From assembly GCA_965207665.1 (NCBI GenBank), contig CBDBMV010000001.1, positions 41,366 to 105,365 of the forward strand: 64,000 nucleotides of DNA, written 5' to 3'. Below are positions 40,646 to 48,967 of the stretch, piece by piece. A program made the translations under genes and the position numbers. This stretch comes from Vicinamibacterales bacterium (lineage in GTDB: Bacteria > Acidobacteriota > Vicinamibacteria > Vicinamibacterales > UBA8438). The number at the start of each line of letters is the position of its first letter. Position 1 is the stretch's first letter. The notes under the pieces were generated by a model. It ran no database searches and had not been told where the DNA came from. It worked only from the letters and a program-made list of their open reading frames with translations.

Positions 40646-41542
40646 TTATTGCGGCACCGCCGCCGTCATGCGGGCGTATTCGGCGCGCCCGATAGTCCGG
40701 GTCAACGTGGTGCGCCAGCCGCGGCGGCGCACGGCCCGGCGGGCTGCCTCCGCTGCCGGGCGCCAGCGGTACAGGCCGTAGACCACGGAGCCGCTCCCGG
40801 TCATGGCCGACAGGAGTGCGCCGCTGCGCTGCAGCCGCTGCACCATCGCCGCGATTTCGGGATGTCGGCTGGCGACGGCCGGCTCGAGGTCGTTCACCAG
40901 TCCACGCCAGGTCTGCCGCCAGCCGGCCGGCATGCCCGCCGAACGTCGTGGAGGCCCCGGGCGCGCACCCTCCGCATCGAACCAGCGGTAGGCATCGGCC
41001 GTGGCGACGCCGAACCCCGGCCGCGCCAGCACTACCCACAGCGGCTCGATGTCGGGCACGCGGCGAATCCGCTCACCGCGGCCCGCGGCCATGGCAGCGC
41101 CGCCGGCGAGGAAATACGGCACGTCGGATCCGATTGCGGATGCCACGGCGCGCAGCCTGCGCGCGCCTGCCTGCACGCCCCAGGCGGCGCACAGCCCGCG
41201 CAGCGCCGCGGCGGCATCGCTGCTGCCGCCGGCGAGTCCGGCCGCGGACGGGATGCGCTTCCGGATCGTGACGGCGGCGCCTTCGGGTTCCCCGCGCCTC
41301 CCGAGCTCCTCCCATAACGCACAGGCCGCGCTCCACACCAGGTTGGCGCGCCCCGTCGGGACCTCTGCGGTACGGCAGGCGACCGTCAGCGGTCCGGGAC
41401 GGCGGCGAATCGCGAGGGAGTCGTGCAGGTCAATCGACTGCAGCAGGGTTTGCACCTCGTGAAATCCATCCTGTCGAAGTCCCAGGATCCGCAGGTGCAG
41501 GTTGATCTTCGCGGGCGCGCGGATGGTAACGGTAAAGGTCAC
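40646..41542 (-). CDS. ispE: 4-diphosphocytidyl-2-C-methyl-D-erythritol kinase
   Basis: C-terminal 298 codons of the 517-aa ORF-track entry. GTG at 41542 overlaps the upstream stop (GTGA). ...APAKINLHLRILG.R.DG.H.....L.....D... and GHMP motif ...IP.AAGLAGGSSDAAA.L.... Confidence 0.9.
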   Translation of the reverse strand: MTFTVTIRAPAKINLHLRILGLRQDGFHEVQTLLQSIDLHDSLAIRRRPGPLTVACRTAEVPTGRANLVWSAACALWEELGRRGEPEGAAVTIRKRIPSAAGLAGGSSDAAAALRGLCAAWGVQAGARRLRAVASAIGSDVPYFLAGGAAMAAGRGERIRRVPDIEPLWVVLARPGFGVATADAYRWFDAEGARPGPPRRSAGMPAGWRQTWRGLVNDLEPAVASRHPEIAAMVQRLQRSGALLSAMTGSGSVVYGLYRWRPAAEAARRAVRRRGWRTTLTRTIGRAEYARMTAAVPQ

Positions 41543-42342
41543 GGGGTCGCGGCGAGCGGACCGGCTTCGGGCCGCAGGGTGTCGATGGACGTCGGGGTGA
41601 AGTCCCGGGGCACGACGCGGGCGAACGCCCGCGCGTCGATCTCGACGTTGATGCTCACCTGCGAGAGCGTTGCCGTCAAGTCGGTGGCCACGCCGCCTGG
41701 CGGCGCGCTGCGCACGTGGACCAGGCGGGGCATTCCGCGCACGTGGTCGCCGTAGGCGACGACCAGTCCCCTCCGCCGGCCGGCAACGATGACGGGCGCG
41801 CCGCCGGCGCGGTCCACGTACAGCGTCGCCTCCCCCTCGAGCTGCACGCCCACCCAACCGTTGCTGTACGTCCGGGCCGCGACCGGTGTGGGATGCGGCA
41901 CCAGGCAGCCGGTCAAAACGGCCCGCAGGTCGGCCGGCTCCAGCGGCAGGCCGGCGAGCAACTGCAGCAGATCGCGGCCGGTGGCGTCGGTCACGACGCG
42001 CCGCTCGCGCGGCAGGACCAGCACGGCCGGCGACTCGCCCGCGACCAGTATGAACGCGGGGGCCCCGAACGGTGCGACGCCCTCCAGTCGCAGCGACGCC
42101 GGCCGCGCGAGCGCGCCGCGTACGCGCCCCCTCAGGCGCGTGTCGCCCGTCTCTCCCTCGATGGCGAGCACGAGCTCGAGCGTCCGGACGCCGCGGCACG
42201 GGTCGGCGGCGGCGTCAAACAGCTCCGCGTAGTCGGCTAGCGGGGTCCCGGCCCCTTCCGGCAGGATGATGCGAGGCGCTGCGCAACCCGCGAATACCAG
42301 CGCGGCCGCGCCTGCGACCGCGGCGCGGGCAACCCGCGGCAC
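41539..42342 (-). CDS. Putative LolB-like outer-membrane lipoprotein (LolA/LolB fold family)
   Basis: GTG at 42342, 4 nt after the TPR gene stop, gives (M)PRVARAAVAGAAALVFAGC..., a lipoprotein signal with lipobox Cys. The segment DLLQLLAGLPLEPADLRAVLTGCL resembles the LolB ...GMPIPLNSLRQWILGLP block. Sits directly upstream of ispE-tRNA-prs as lolB does in E. coli. Confidence 0.55.
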   Translation of the reverse strand: MPRVARAAVAGAAALVFAGCAAPRIILPEGAGTPLADYAELFDAAADPCRGVRTLELVLAIEGETGDTRLRGRVRGALARPASLRLEGVAPFGAPAFILVAGESPAVLVLPRERRVVTDATGRDLLQLLAGLPLEPADLRAVLTGCLVPHPTPVAARTYSNGWVGVQLEGEATLYVDRAGGAPVIVAGRRRGLVVAYGDHVRGMPRLVHVRSAPPGGVATDLTATLSQVSINVEIDARAFARVVPRDFTPTSIDTLRPEAGPLAATP

Positions 42343-42346
42343 AGTA

Positions 42347-44314
42347 TTACTGGCGCTCCAACTGGCGTCGGGCGTCGCCGATCTTCTGTTCGATCGCGGC
42401 ACGCTCGACCTCGTGCCCGTCACCGGCAAGTGCGCGTTCCCAGGCGGCAATCGCGTCCGCGTAGCGCCCGAGCCGCAGCATCAGGTCTCCCAGGTGATCC
42501 TGGATCACGGAGTTCCATGCCATCTGCTCGCTTGCCTGCTGCAGCAGCGGCTCGGCGCGATCGAGGCGGTCGAGCTTGAAGTACGCCCAACCGAGACTGT
42601 CGAGATAGGCGCCGTTGTACGGATCGGCCTCGATCGCCCGCTCCAGCAGCATGACCGATTCGTCCAGCCGCTCGCCGCGGTCGGCCAGCATGTACCCGAG
42701 GTAGTTCAACGTCGCGGCGTGCTCCGGGTTCAGGTCGAGGATGCGCCGGAAGCGGCTCTCCGCTTCCATGTGACGGCCGCTCTGCTCCAGGACCGCCCCC
42801 AGCCGGAACAGGATCGAGGTGTCGTCGGTGAACCGGTTCGCGGCCGACTCCAGCAACTCTATGGCTGCATCGAACCGCTCGTAATGGCCGTAGTACGCGG
42901 CCAGCACCAGGTAGGCCCGGGGCCGCTCGGTCCGGGACTGCAGCGCCTCGCGGAGCAGGGCGACCCCGGCGTCGATGTCCCCTTCGTCTCCCAGCACGCG
43001 TGCTTCCAGACGCGTGACCGTCAGACTCCCGCGATGCTGCTCCTGCATGCCGCCGAGCACGCGCCGCGCGTCTGCCGGCCTGCCGGCGTCGATGTACGCC
43101 TGCGCCAGTCGGCCGCCGAACGCCAGACTGTTCGGCATCAGCTCGACGCCCCGCTCGTACACCCTGCTCGCCGCCTCGTATTCCTGCAACTGCTCGTGGG
43201 CGAACCCCACGCGCCCGAGGATCCCGGCGACCTGCTCGGGACGCAGGCCGCGGTCGGCCGCGTTCTCCAGGAGCGGCGCGAGCACCTCCACGACGCGACG
43301 GTGCTCCCGCTTCTGGCTGTACACCTCCGCCAGCGCCAGCGCGCCCCGCAGACCTCCCGGCTCGACCTCGATCAGCCGCCGCGCGGCGTCTTCGGCGGCA
43401 TCGAAGTTCCGCATCTCGAGCTCGACCTCCGACAGCAGGTACAGCCCGTAGACGTCGTTCGGCCGCAGCGTGACGAGCTCGTCGAGCACCTCCCGCGCGC
43501 GCGCCGGACGGTCGGCGCGCAGCAGCGCATTTGCCAGCTCGCGCTTGGTGCGCGCGCTCCGCGGGTTGAGCTCGACGGCGCGCTCGTACACTTCGACGGC
43601 ATCGCTCCAGCGTCCATCCTTGCCGTACAGCTCGGCCAGCCGCCGCAGCACGCGCGAGGACGGGCGCCCCCCGGCCACCACCTGTTCCAGTGTCGTCACG
43701 GCGTCGCCGACCCGCCCGACATGCTCGTACGCCCGCGCCAGCAGCATGCCGGTCTCCGAGAGGCCGGGGGCGTCCTTCTGCAGCTCTTCGAGCAGGTCGA
43801 CCGCGCTCTGCGCCGCGTCCGTCTGGAGGTACAGGCGCGCCAGCGTCAGCTCGACGTTGTAGTCGGACAGCAGCGTCTCGCGCGCCTGCTCCAGGTGCCG
43901 GACCGCCAGCCGGGCATCCTCCGCGGTGCCCGAGCGCTCGCTGGCGCGCGCTGCGAAAAGGAGCCCCAGGATACGGTGTGCGCTCTGGTTCTCCGGATCG
44001 CGCTCCAGCGCCTCGCGCGCGGCCGCCACGGCCTCGTCGTTGCGGTTGCGGCGCGCATAGACAGACGAAAGCTCGGCCAGCAGCTCGCCCGATTCCGGAT
44101 CCAGCCTGGCGGCGTCCTGGTAGGCGCGCACCGCACCTTCGATGTCGCCCTGGTTTTCGAGATGGCGCCCCTGCAGGAAGAGGCGGTACGCCTCGGCGCG
44201 TCCGGCGGCGGCTTCCTCGGACTGGGACTGGCCAACGGCAGCGCCGGCCGGCGCCGTCCAGAGACCAGACGCCAGCGACCAGACAAGTACGCCGGTGAGC
44301 AACCGGACATGCAT
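42347..44314 (-). CDS. Secreted tetratricopeptide-repeat (TPR) protein
   Basis: The 1086-aa ORF-track entry is trimmed to the ATG at 44314, giving MHVRLLTGVLVWSLASGLWTAPAGAA (signal peptide). About 15 TPR-like 34-aa units follow (A.......A..LDP....A...LG..Y pattern). Confidence 0.75.
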   Translation of the reverse strand: MHVRLLTGVLVWSLASGLWTAPAGAAVGQSQSEEAAAGRAEAYRLFLQGRHLENQGDIEGAVRAYQDAARLDPESGELLAELSSVYARRNRNDEAVAAAREALERDPENQSAHRILGLLFAARASERSGTAEDARLAVRHLEQARETLLSDYNVELTLARLYLQTDAAQSAVDLLEELQKDAPGLSETGMLLARAYEHVGRVGDAVTTLEQVVAGGRPSSRVLRRLAELYGKDGRWSDAVEVYERAVELNPRSARTKRELANALLRADRPARAREVLDELVTLRPNDVYGLYLLSEVELEMRNFDAAEDAARRLIEVEPGGLRGALALAEVYSQKREHRRVVEVLAPLLENAADRGLRPEQVAGILGRVGFAHEQLQEYEAASRVYERGVELMPNSLAFGGRLAQAYIDAGRPADARRVLGGMQEQHRGSLTVTRLEARVLGDEGDIDAGVALLREALQSRTERPRAYLVLAAYYGHYERFDAAIELLESAANRFTDDTSILFRLGAVLEQSGRHMEAESRFRRILDLNPEHAATLNYLGYMLADRGERLDESVMLLERAIEADPYNGAYLDSLGWAYFKLDRLDRAEPLLQQASEQMAWNSVIQDHLGDLMLRLGRYADAIAAWERALAGDGHEVERAAIEQKIGDARRQLERQ

Positions 44315-44346
44315 GGCAGCCTCGATTGTTCCACAGGACGCGGCCC

Positions 44347-44374
44347 GCGACAAGCCGGACCGTTTTGGTATAGT
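44347..44374 (+). promoter_or_regulatory. Candidate promoter GCGACA-16 nt-(TG)G-TATAGT for the Trm112-like/O-antigen-ligase-like pair
   Basis: Plus strand GCGACAAGCCGGACCGTTTTGGTATAGT, about 30 nt upstream of the GTG at 44405. Same TGnTATAGT extended -10 as at 30279. Confidence 0.4.
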
Positions 44375-44404
44375 GGCGGCAGCGTTCCCGCGGAGGCTTC
44401 TGTC

Positions 44405-44572
44405 GTGGTTGACCCCGAGTTGTTGGAAATACTTGCGTGCCCCGAGTGCAAGACGCCCGTCGCCCCGGTGCACGACGGCAGGGGTCTGAAGTGCGAGCAG
44501 TGTCGCCGTGTCTATCCGATCGAGGATGACATCCCGGTGATGTTGATCGACGAAGCCACGATCGACGCGTAA
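44405..44572 (+). CDS. Trm112/UPF0434-family small zinc-ribbon protein (55 aa)
   Basis: Last 55 codons of the spurious ORF 42266..44572. GTG at 44405 lies 8 nt after GGAGG. (M)VDPELLEILACPECKTPVAPVHDGRGLKCEQCRRVYPIEDDIPVMLIDEA matches the family pattern L..LL.CP.CK..L........L.C..C...YPI.DGIPVML..EA. Confidence 0.7.
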   Translation: MVDPELLEILACPECKTPVAPVHDGRGLKCEQCRRVYPIEDDIPVMLIDEATIDA

Positions 44573-44578
44573 GAGCCC

Positions 44579-45775
44579 GTGGCCGGAGCCCAGCTGCAGC
44601 CAGGCGGCAACAGCCCCGTGCAACCCGGCCGCTCGGCGCTGGAGCGCGTGGCGCTGGTGGTGGCGCTGTTGTTCATGGCGGCGCTGCCGGTATCCATCGC
44701 GGCGTCGCAGATACTGCTCACTCTCGCCATAGGCTGCTGGATCGGCATCCTCTACGCGAACGGGGAGCGACCCCGCGCCCCCCGCTTCTTCCAGCCGCTG
44801 CTCGCGTATGCGCTGCTGACCATGGTATCGGTGGCGGCGTCGCTGGATCCGTCCGCCAGCCTCGTCGATTCGAAGGAAGTGCTGCTGTTTCTGGTGGTGC
44901 CGGTCGTCTACCGGCTGGTGCGCGGACCGGCGGGCGCAACGGCCGCCACCGTGATCATCAGCGCCGGCGCGGCCAGCGCCGTGTTCGGCGTCGTACAGTA
45001 CGGCATCTTCGGCTACGACGATCTCCAGCAGCGCCCACCCGGTTTCATGGGGCACTACATGACCTACTCGGGTCTGCTGATGCTGATGGTCGTGCTGGCG
45101 ACCGCCCGACTGCTGTTCGACGCGCGCGACCGGGCCTGGACCGGTCTGGTCCTGCCGGCGCTGGCCGTCGCCCTGGTCACCACGTTCACGCGCGGCGCCT
45201 GGATCGGCGCCTGCGCGGGAGTCGGCCTGTTGCTCGCCGTAAAGAACGTGCGGCTGCTTGCCGTCCTGCCCATCCTGGTGATCATCGTGGTCGCCGCGGC
45301 GCCAGCCAGCATTGCCGACCGCATCGACTCGATATTCGATCGGCGCGATCCCACCAGCCGGGACCGGCTGGCGATGGCGCGCGCGGGAGTCATGATCATC
45401 GCCGACCATCCGCTCACCGGCGTCGGGCCGGACATGGTCCAGCGCGTCTACCCGGAGTACCGCGGGCCGGACGCCGTCAACGACAACAACCCGCATCTGC
45501 ACAACGTGCCGCTGCAGATCGCGGCGGAGCGGGGTCTGCCGGCGCTCGCGGCATGGCTCTGGTTCGTCGCGGCCGTGCTGCGCGAACTGGCGGCGAGGTT
45601 CCGGCAACCCGAGTCGCGGGCGGCGGCGGCGGCCGGTCTCGGGGCCATGGCCAGCATGCTGACCGCCGGCCTGTTCGAGTACAACTTCGGCGACTCGGAG
45701 TTTCTGATGCTGCTGCTGGTACTACTCACCCTACCCGCCGCCGCCTCTAATGCCGGAAGTGACGGCGGCCGGTGA
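44579..45775 (+). CDS. O-antigen ligase/polymerase-like (Wzy_C family) integral membrane protein
   Basis: 398 aa with about 10 or more TM segments. ...TFTRGAWIGA... and ...NPHLHNVPLQIAAERGLPAL... are characteristic Wzy_C/O-antigen ligase blocks. The exact start is uncertain. Confidence 0.72.
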   Translation: MAGAQLQPGGNSPVQPGRSALERVALVVALLFMAALPVSIAASQILLTLAIGCWIGILYANGERPRAPRFFQPLLAYALLTMVSVAASLDPSASLVDSKEVLLFLVVPVVYRLVRGPAGATAATVIISAGAASAVFGVVQYGIFGYDDLQQRPPGFMGHYMTYSGLLMLMVVLATARLLFDARDRAWTGLVLPALAVALVTTFTRGAWIGACAGVGLLLAVKNVRLLAVLPILVIIVVAAAPASIADRIDSIFDRRDPTSRDRLAMARAGVMIIADHPLTGVGPDMVQRVYPEYRGPDAVNDNNPHLHNVPLQIAAERGLPALAAWLWFVAAVLRELAARFRQPESRAAAAAGLGAMASMLTAGLFEYNFGDSEFLMLLLVLLTLPAAASNAGSDGGR

Positions 45776-47354
45776 ACACCATCGCCATGCCGTGCTCGTC
45801 GGCCGCGGCAATCACCTCTTCGTCGCGCCGCGAGCCGCCCGGCTGCACGACCGCCGTTGCTCCCGCCTCCGCAATGGCGTCGAGGCCGTCCCGGAACGGG
45901 AAGAACGCGTCGGACGCGGCGACCGTGCCTCCCAGCGCGCCGGTCTTGAGCCGGGCGACCTTGACGGCGTCGACCCGGCTCATCTGGCCCGCCCCCACGG
46001 CCGCCGCGCGGTCCGCGTGCGCGAACAGGATGGTGTTCGACTTCACGTGCGCGCAAACGCGCCAGGCGAACCGCAAGGCGGTCCACTCATCCGCGGTCGG
46101 CGCGCGCCTGGTGACGACCCGCAGCGTCGCACCCGGCGCAATCTCCGCACCGTCGCGCCAGTCGGCGGCAGCCTCCGTGACGCGGTCGCGATCCTGCACC
46201 AGCAGGGCGCCCATGATCGACCGCACCTCGCGCCGGGTGTCCGCGTTCCCCGCCAGTGGCGCGCAGTCGGCCAGCACGAGCCGCAGGTTCTTCTTGGCCG
46301 CCAGCACCGCTCGCGCCTCCGCGTCGGCGTCCGGCGCCACCACGGCCTCGATGAAGGTGCTCGCGATCTCGCGCGCCGTCCCGCCGTCCAGGCTGCGGTT
46401 CAGCCCGACGATGCCCCCGAACGCCGACAGTGGATCGACCTCGCGCGCCGTGACGTACGCCTCCTCGAGCGTTGCCGCGGTTGCGACGCCGCACGGGTTC
46501 GTATGCTTGACCACGACCGCGGCGGGCTCGGTGAACTCGAGCGCAAGCCGGGCCGCGGCGTCGAGGTCGAGCAGGTTCGTGAACGAGAGTCCCTTGCCCT
46601 GGACCACCTGCGCCGTGCCGAAGCCCCATCCCGGCTCCACGCCGTAGAGCGCGGCCTGCTGGTGCGGATTCTCGCCGTACCGCAGATCCTGGAGCTTGCG
46701 CGCCGACAGCGCGAGGTGGTCGGGCGCGAGGCCGTCCAGCACGAGCGGCGCGTGCGTGAACTGCGCGCCGTCGGCCTCGACGGCCGCCAGGGCCGCCGCA
46801 ATGGTCCCGTCGTAGGCGGCGGTGTGCGCGAACGCCTTGCGCGCGAGCTCGAAGCGGAAGCCCGGGTCGGCGCCGCCCGCGTCGTCGAGCGCCGCCAGCA
46901 CGCGGGGATAGTCATCCGGATCGACCACGATCAGCACATCGCGGAAATTCTTGGCCGCCGCCCGCACCATGCTGGGCCCGCCGATGTCGATCTGCTCGAT
47001 CAACCCGTCGAACGTAGTGTCCGCACTGGCTGCCGCCGCCGCGAACGGATACAGGTTGACCACCACCAGGTCGATGGGCCGGATTCCCTGGCCTTCGATG
47101 GCTGCAAGATCGTCCGCGCGGTCGCGGCGCGCGAGAATCCCGCCGTGCACGGCCGGATGCAGCGTCTTGACGCGTCCGTCCATCATTTCCGGAAAGCCCG
47201 TGACCTCCGACACGCCGGTAACGGTCAATCCGGCCGCCTGCAGGGCGCGCGCGGTGCCGCCGGTGGAGATCAGCTCGACCCCCCGCTCCGAGAGTCCTCT
47301 CGCCAGGTCGACGAGACCCGTCTTGTCCGACACGCTCAACAACGCACGACTCAT
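45747..47354 (-). CDS. purH: Bifunctional AICAR transformylase / IMP cyclohydrolase
   Basis: Trimmed to the ATG at 47354, giving MSRALLSVSDKTGLVDLARGL.ERGVELISTGGTA..L..AG..V..VSEVTGFPEMMDGRVKTLHP.VHGGIL. Confidence 0.96.
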   Translation of the reverse strand: MSRALLSVSDKTGLVDLARGLSERGVELISTGGTARALQAAGLTVTGVSEVTGFPEMMDGRVKTLHPAVHGGILARRDRADDLAAIEGQGIRPIDLVVVNLYPFAAAAASADTTFDGLIEQIDIGGPSMVRAAAKNFRDVLIVVDPDDYPRVLAALDDAGGADPGFRFELARKAFAHTAAYDGTIAAALAAVEADGAQFTHAPLVLDGLAPDHLALSARKLQDLRYGENPHQQAALYGVEPGWGFGTAQVVQGKGLSFTNLLDLDAAARLALEFTEPAAVVVKHTNPCGVATAATLEEAYVTAREVDPLSAFGGIVGLNRSLDGGTAREIASTFIEAVVAPDADAEARAVLAAKKNLRLVLADCAPLAGNADTRREVRSIMGALLVQDRDRVTEAAADWRDGAEIAPGATLRVVTRRAPTADEWTALRFAWRVCAHVKSNTILFAHADRAAAVGAGQMSRVDAVKVARLKTGALGGTVAASDAFFPFRDGLDAIAEAGATAVVQPGGSRRDEEVIAAADEHGMAMVFTGRRHFRH

Positions 47355-47410
47355 GCTCCGCGCCTCCAGAAAGATCGCTGCGTGAAAGGTGAAACTGGCA
47401 GGAAGCCCGA

Positions 47411-47419
47411 TGGTATCCT
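47411..47419 (+). promoter_or_regulatory. Weak candidate extended -10 (TGGTATCCT) upstream of the selA leader element
   Basis: Plus strand GATGGTATCCTGAAC in the purH/selA divergent spacer. No convincing -35. Confidence 0.25.
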
Positions 47420-47459
47420 GAACCCCCGACCGCCGGCAACACCGCTGGCCGTCGGGCCC

Positions 47460-47548
47460 AAGCCGCGCACAGCGCGGCCCGGCGGCGCGGCGCGGGGCCA
47501 TGGGGTCCCCGCTAGCAGCCGCCGGGGGGTTTGGGGCGCAGCCCCAAG
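47460..47548 (+). repeat. 89-nt three-hairpin intergenic element, copy B (selA 5' leader)
   Basis: Plus strand AAGCCGCGCACAGCGCGGCCCGGCGGCGCGGCGCGGGGCCATGGGGTCCCCGCTAGCAGCCGCCGGGGGGTTTGGGGCGCAGCCCCAAG. Ends 3 nt before the selA ATG. Confidence 0.65.
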
Positions 47549-47551
47549 TAA

Positions 47552-48967
47552 ATGATGGCCGGCGCGTCGCACGTCATCCCCTCCATCGACCGGTTGCGCC
47601 GGCGTGCGGCCGTGCGGCTGCTCGAGGAGCGCTTCGGCCGGCAGGCCGTCGTCGCCGCCCTCCGCGAGGAAGCCGCCATCGTGCGCGCGGGACTGGCGGA
47701 CTCCCCGACGGCACGCCCGAGCGGCGAGTCGGTGGTGCGGAAGATCGAGGCCGGCCTGACGCAGCGTCTCGGCGCGGCGCTCTCACCGTCGCTGCGGCGG
47801 GTCATCAACGCCACCGGCGTCATCGTGCATACGAACCTCGGCCGGGCGCCGCTGGCCAGCCCCGCCGTCGACCGGATAGCCGCCGCGGCGGGCTATTCCA
47901 ACCTCGAGTACGACCTCGCCCGTGGATCGCGCGGGTCGCGCTCGATCCACGCGCGGGCGCTGCTGCAGTATCTGACCGGCGCGGAGGACGCCGCCGTCGT
48001 CAACAACAATGCGGCTGCCGTACTGCTGACGCTGGCGGCGCTCGCCGCCGGCCGGGAGGTGATCGTCTCGCGCGGCGAGCTGGTGGAGATCGGGGGCGGG
48101 TTCCGCATCCCGGACGTGCTCCGGCAGTCGGGCGCGCTCCTGCGCGAGGTCGGCACGACGAACCGGACGCGGGCGGCGGACTACGCCGCCGCCGTCAGCG
48201 ACCGTACTGCTCTCATCCTGCGCGTGCATCCGTCCAACTTCCACATCGAGGGCTTCGCGGAGCGGCCCCCGCTCGCGGCGCTGGTCGACGTCGGGCGGCG
48301 CTTCGACCTGCCCGTTGTGGAAGACCTGGGCAGCGGCAACCTTTTCGATCGACCCGGGTGGGCCGGTGCAGGGGCGCCGGGGTGGAACGAGCCGACCGTC
48401 GGCGCGAGCGTGCGCGCCGGTTGCGCGGTCTGCTGCTTCAGCGGCGACAAGCTGCTCGGGGGACCGCAGGCCGGAATCATCGTGGGGCGCGCCGAGCAAC
48501 TCCAACCGATACGCCGGCATCCGTTGATGCGCGCCGTGCGCGCGGACAAGCTGGCGTACGCCGCTCTCGAAGGCACGTTGCTGGAATACGCGACCGGCCG
48601 GGCCGGACGCACCGTTCCGGTGGCGGCGATGATCGGCGCGGGCGTGGAGTCGCTGCGGTCGCGCGCCCGGCAGATCGCGGAGCGGCTGGCGCCGGTTGCC
48701 GGCCTCACGGTTGCCGCCACCGAGGGCGACTCCGTGATTGGCGGCGGCTCGGCCCCCGGACTGGCCATCCCGACCTGCCTGCTCGACGTGCGCGTGGAGG
48801 GTTGCAGCCCGGACGAGCTGGAAACGCTGCTGCGACAGGCCGAGCCACCCGTCATCGGCCGCATCGAGCAGGATCGGCTGCTGCTGGATCTCCGCACCGT
48901 GCAGCCGGACGAAGACGGCGCTTTGGGGAACGTGCTGGCGCGGCTGCCGGCAGACCGGAAAGGCTAG
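47552..48967 (+). CDS. selA: L-seryl-tRNA(Sec) selenium transferase (selenocysteine synthase)
   Basis: 471 aa. ...IPSIDRL... N-terminus, ...VINATGVIVHTNLGRAPL..., ...YSNLEY.L..G.RGSR..H...LL...TGAE.A.VVNNNAAAV.L.L..., ...SRGELVEIGG.FRIPDV... and PLP-lysine block ...FSGDKLLGGPQAGIIVG.... Confidence 0.92.
   Translation: MMAGASHVIPSIDRLRRRAAVRLLEERFGRQAVVAALREEAAIVRAGLADSPTARPSGESVVRKIEAGLTQRLGAALSPSLRRVINATGVIVHTNLGRAPLASPAVDRIAAAAGYSNLEYDLARGSRGSRSIHARALLQYLTGAEDAAVVNNNAAAVLLTLAALAAGREVIVSRGELVEIGGGFRIPDVLRQSGALLREVGTTNRTRAADYAAAVSDRTALILRVHPSNFHIEGFAERPPLAALVDVGRRFDLPVVEDLGSGNLFDRPGWAGAGAPGWNEPTVGASVRAGCAVCCFSGDKLLGGPQAGIIVGRAEQLQPIRRHPLMRAVRADKLAYAALEGTLLEYATGRAGRTVPVAAMIGAGVESLRSRARQIAERLAPVAGLTVAATEGDSVIGGGSAPGLAIPTCLLDVRVEGCSPDELETLLRQAEPPVIGRIEQDRLLLDLRTVQPDEDGALGNVLARLPADRKG

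Noticed and set aside
40646-42199. 517-aa ORF treated as a single gene
   Set aside because: Only the last 298 codons match IspE. The upstream part overlaps, in another frame, the lipoprotein ORF that has a signal peptide and a GTGA coupling junction.
44315-45607. Upstream 431 codons of the 1086-aa minus-strand ORF 42347..45607, as a giant N-terminal extension of the TPR protein
   Set aside because: This part is antisense to the plus-strand membrane protein (44579-45775) and the Trm112-like gene, and it is Arg/Gly/His-rich. A proper signal peptide starts at the internal ATG 44314, which I take as the real start.
45747-45775. 29-bp overlap of the convergent 3' ends of the O-antigen-ligase-like gene and purH
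   Set aside because: Short convergent overlaps are common in compact GC-rich genomes. The exact end of the membrane protein is not informative and nothing else unusual was seen.
47355-47551. tRNA-Sec (selC) or an E. coli-type SECIS-like SelB-binding hairpin next to selA
   Set aside because: There is no cloverleaf of about 95 nt with a TCA anticodon loop. The hairpin loops (ACA, GCA) do not resemble the SECIS apical loop. The same element occurs upstream of rpmG, which argues against a selenium-specific role.
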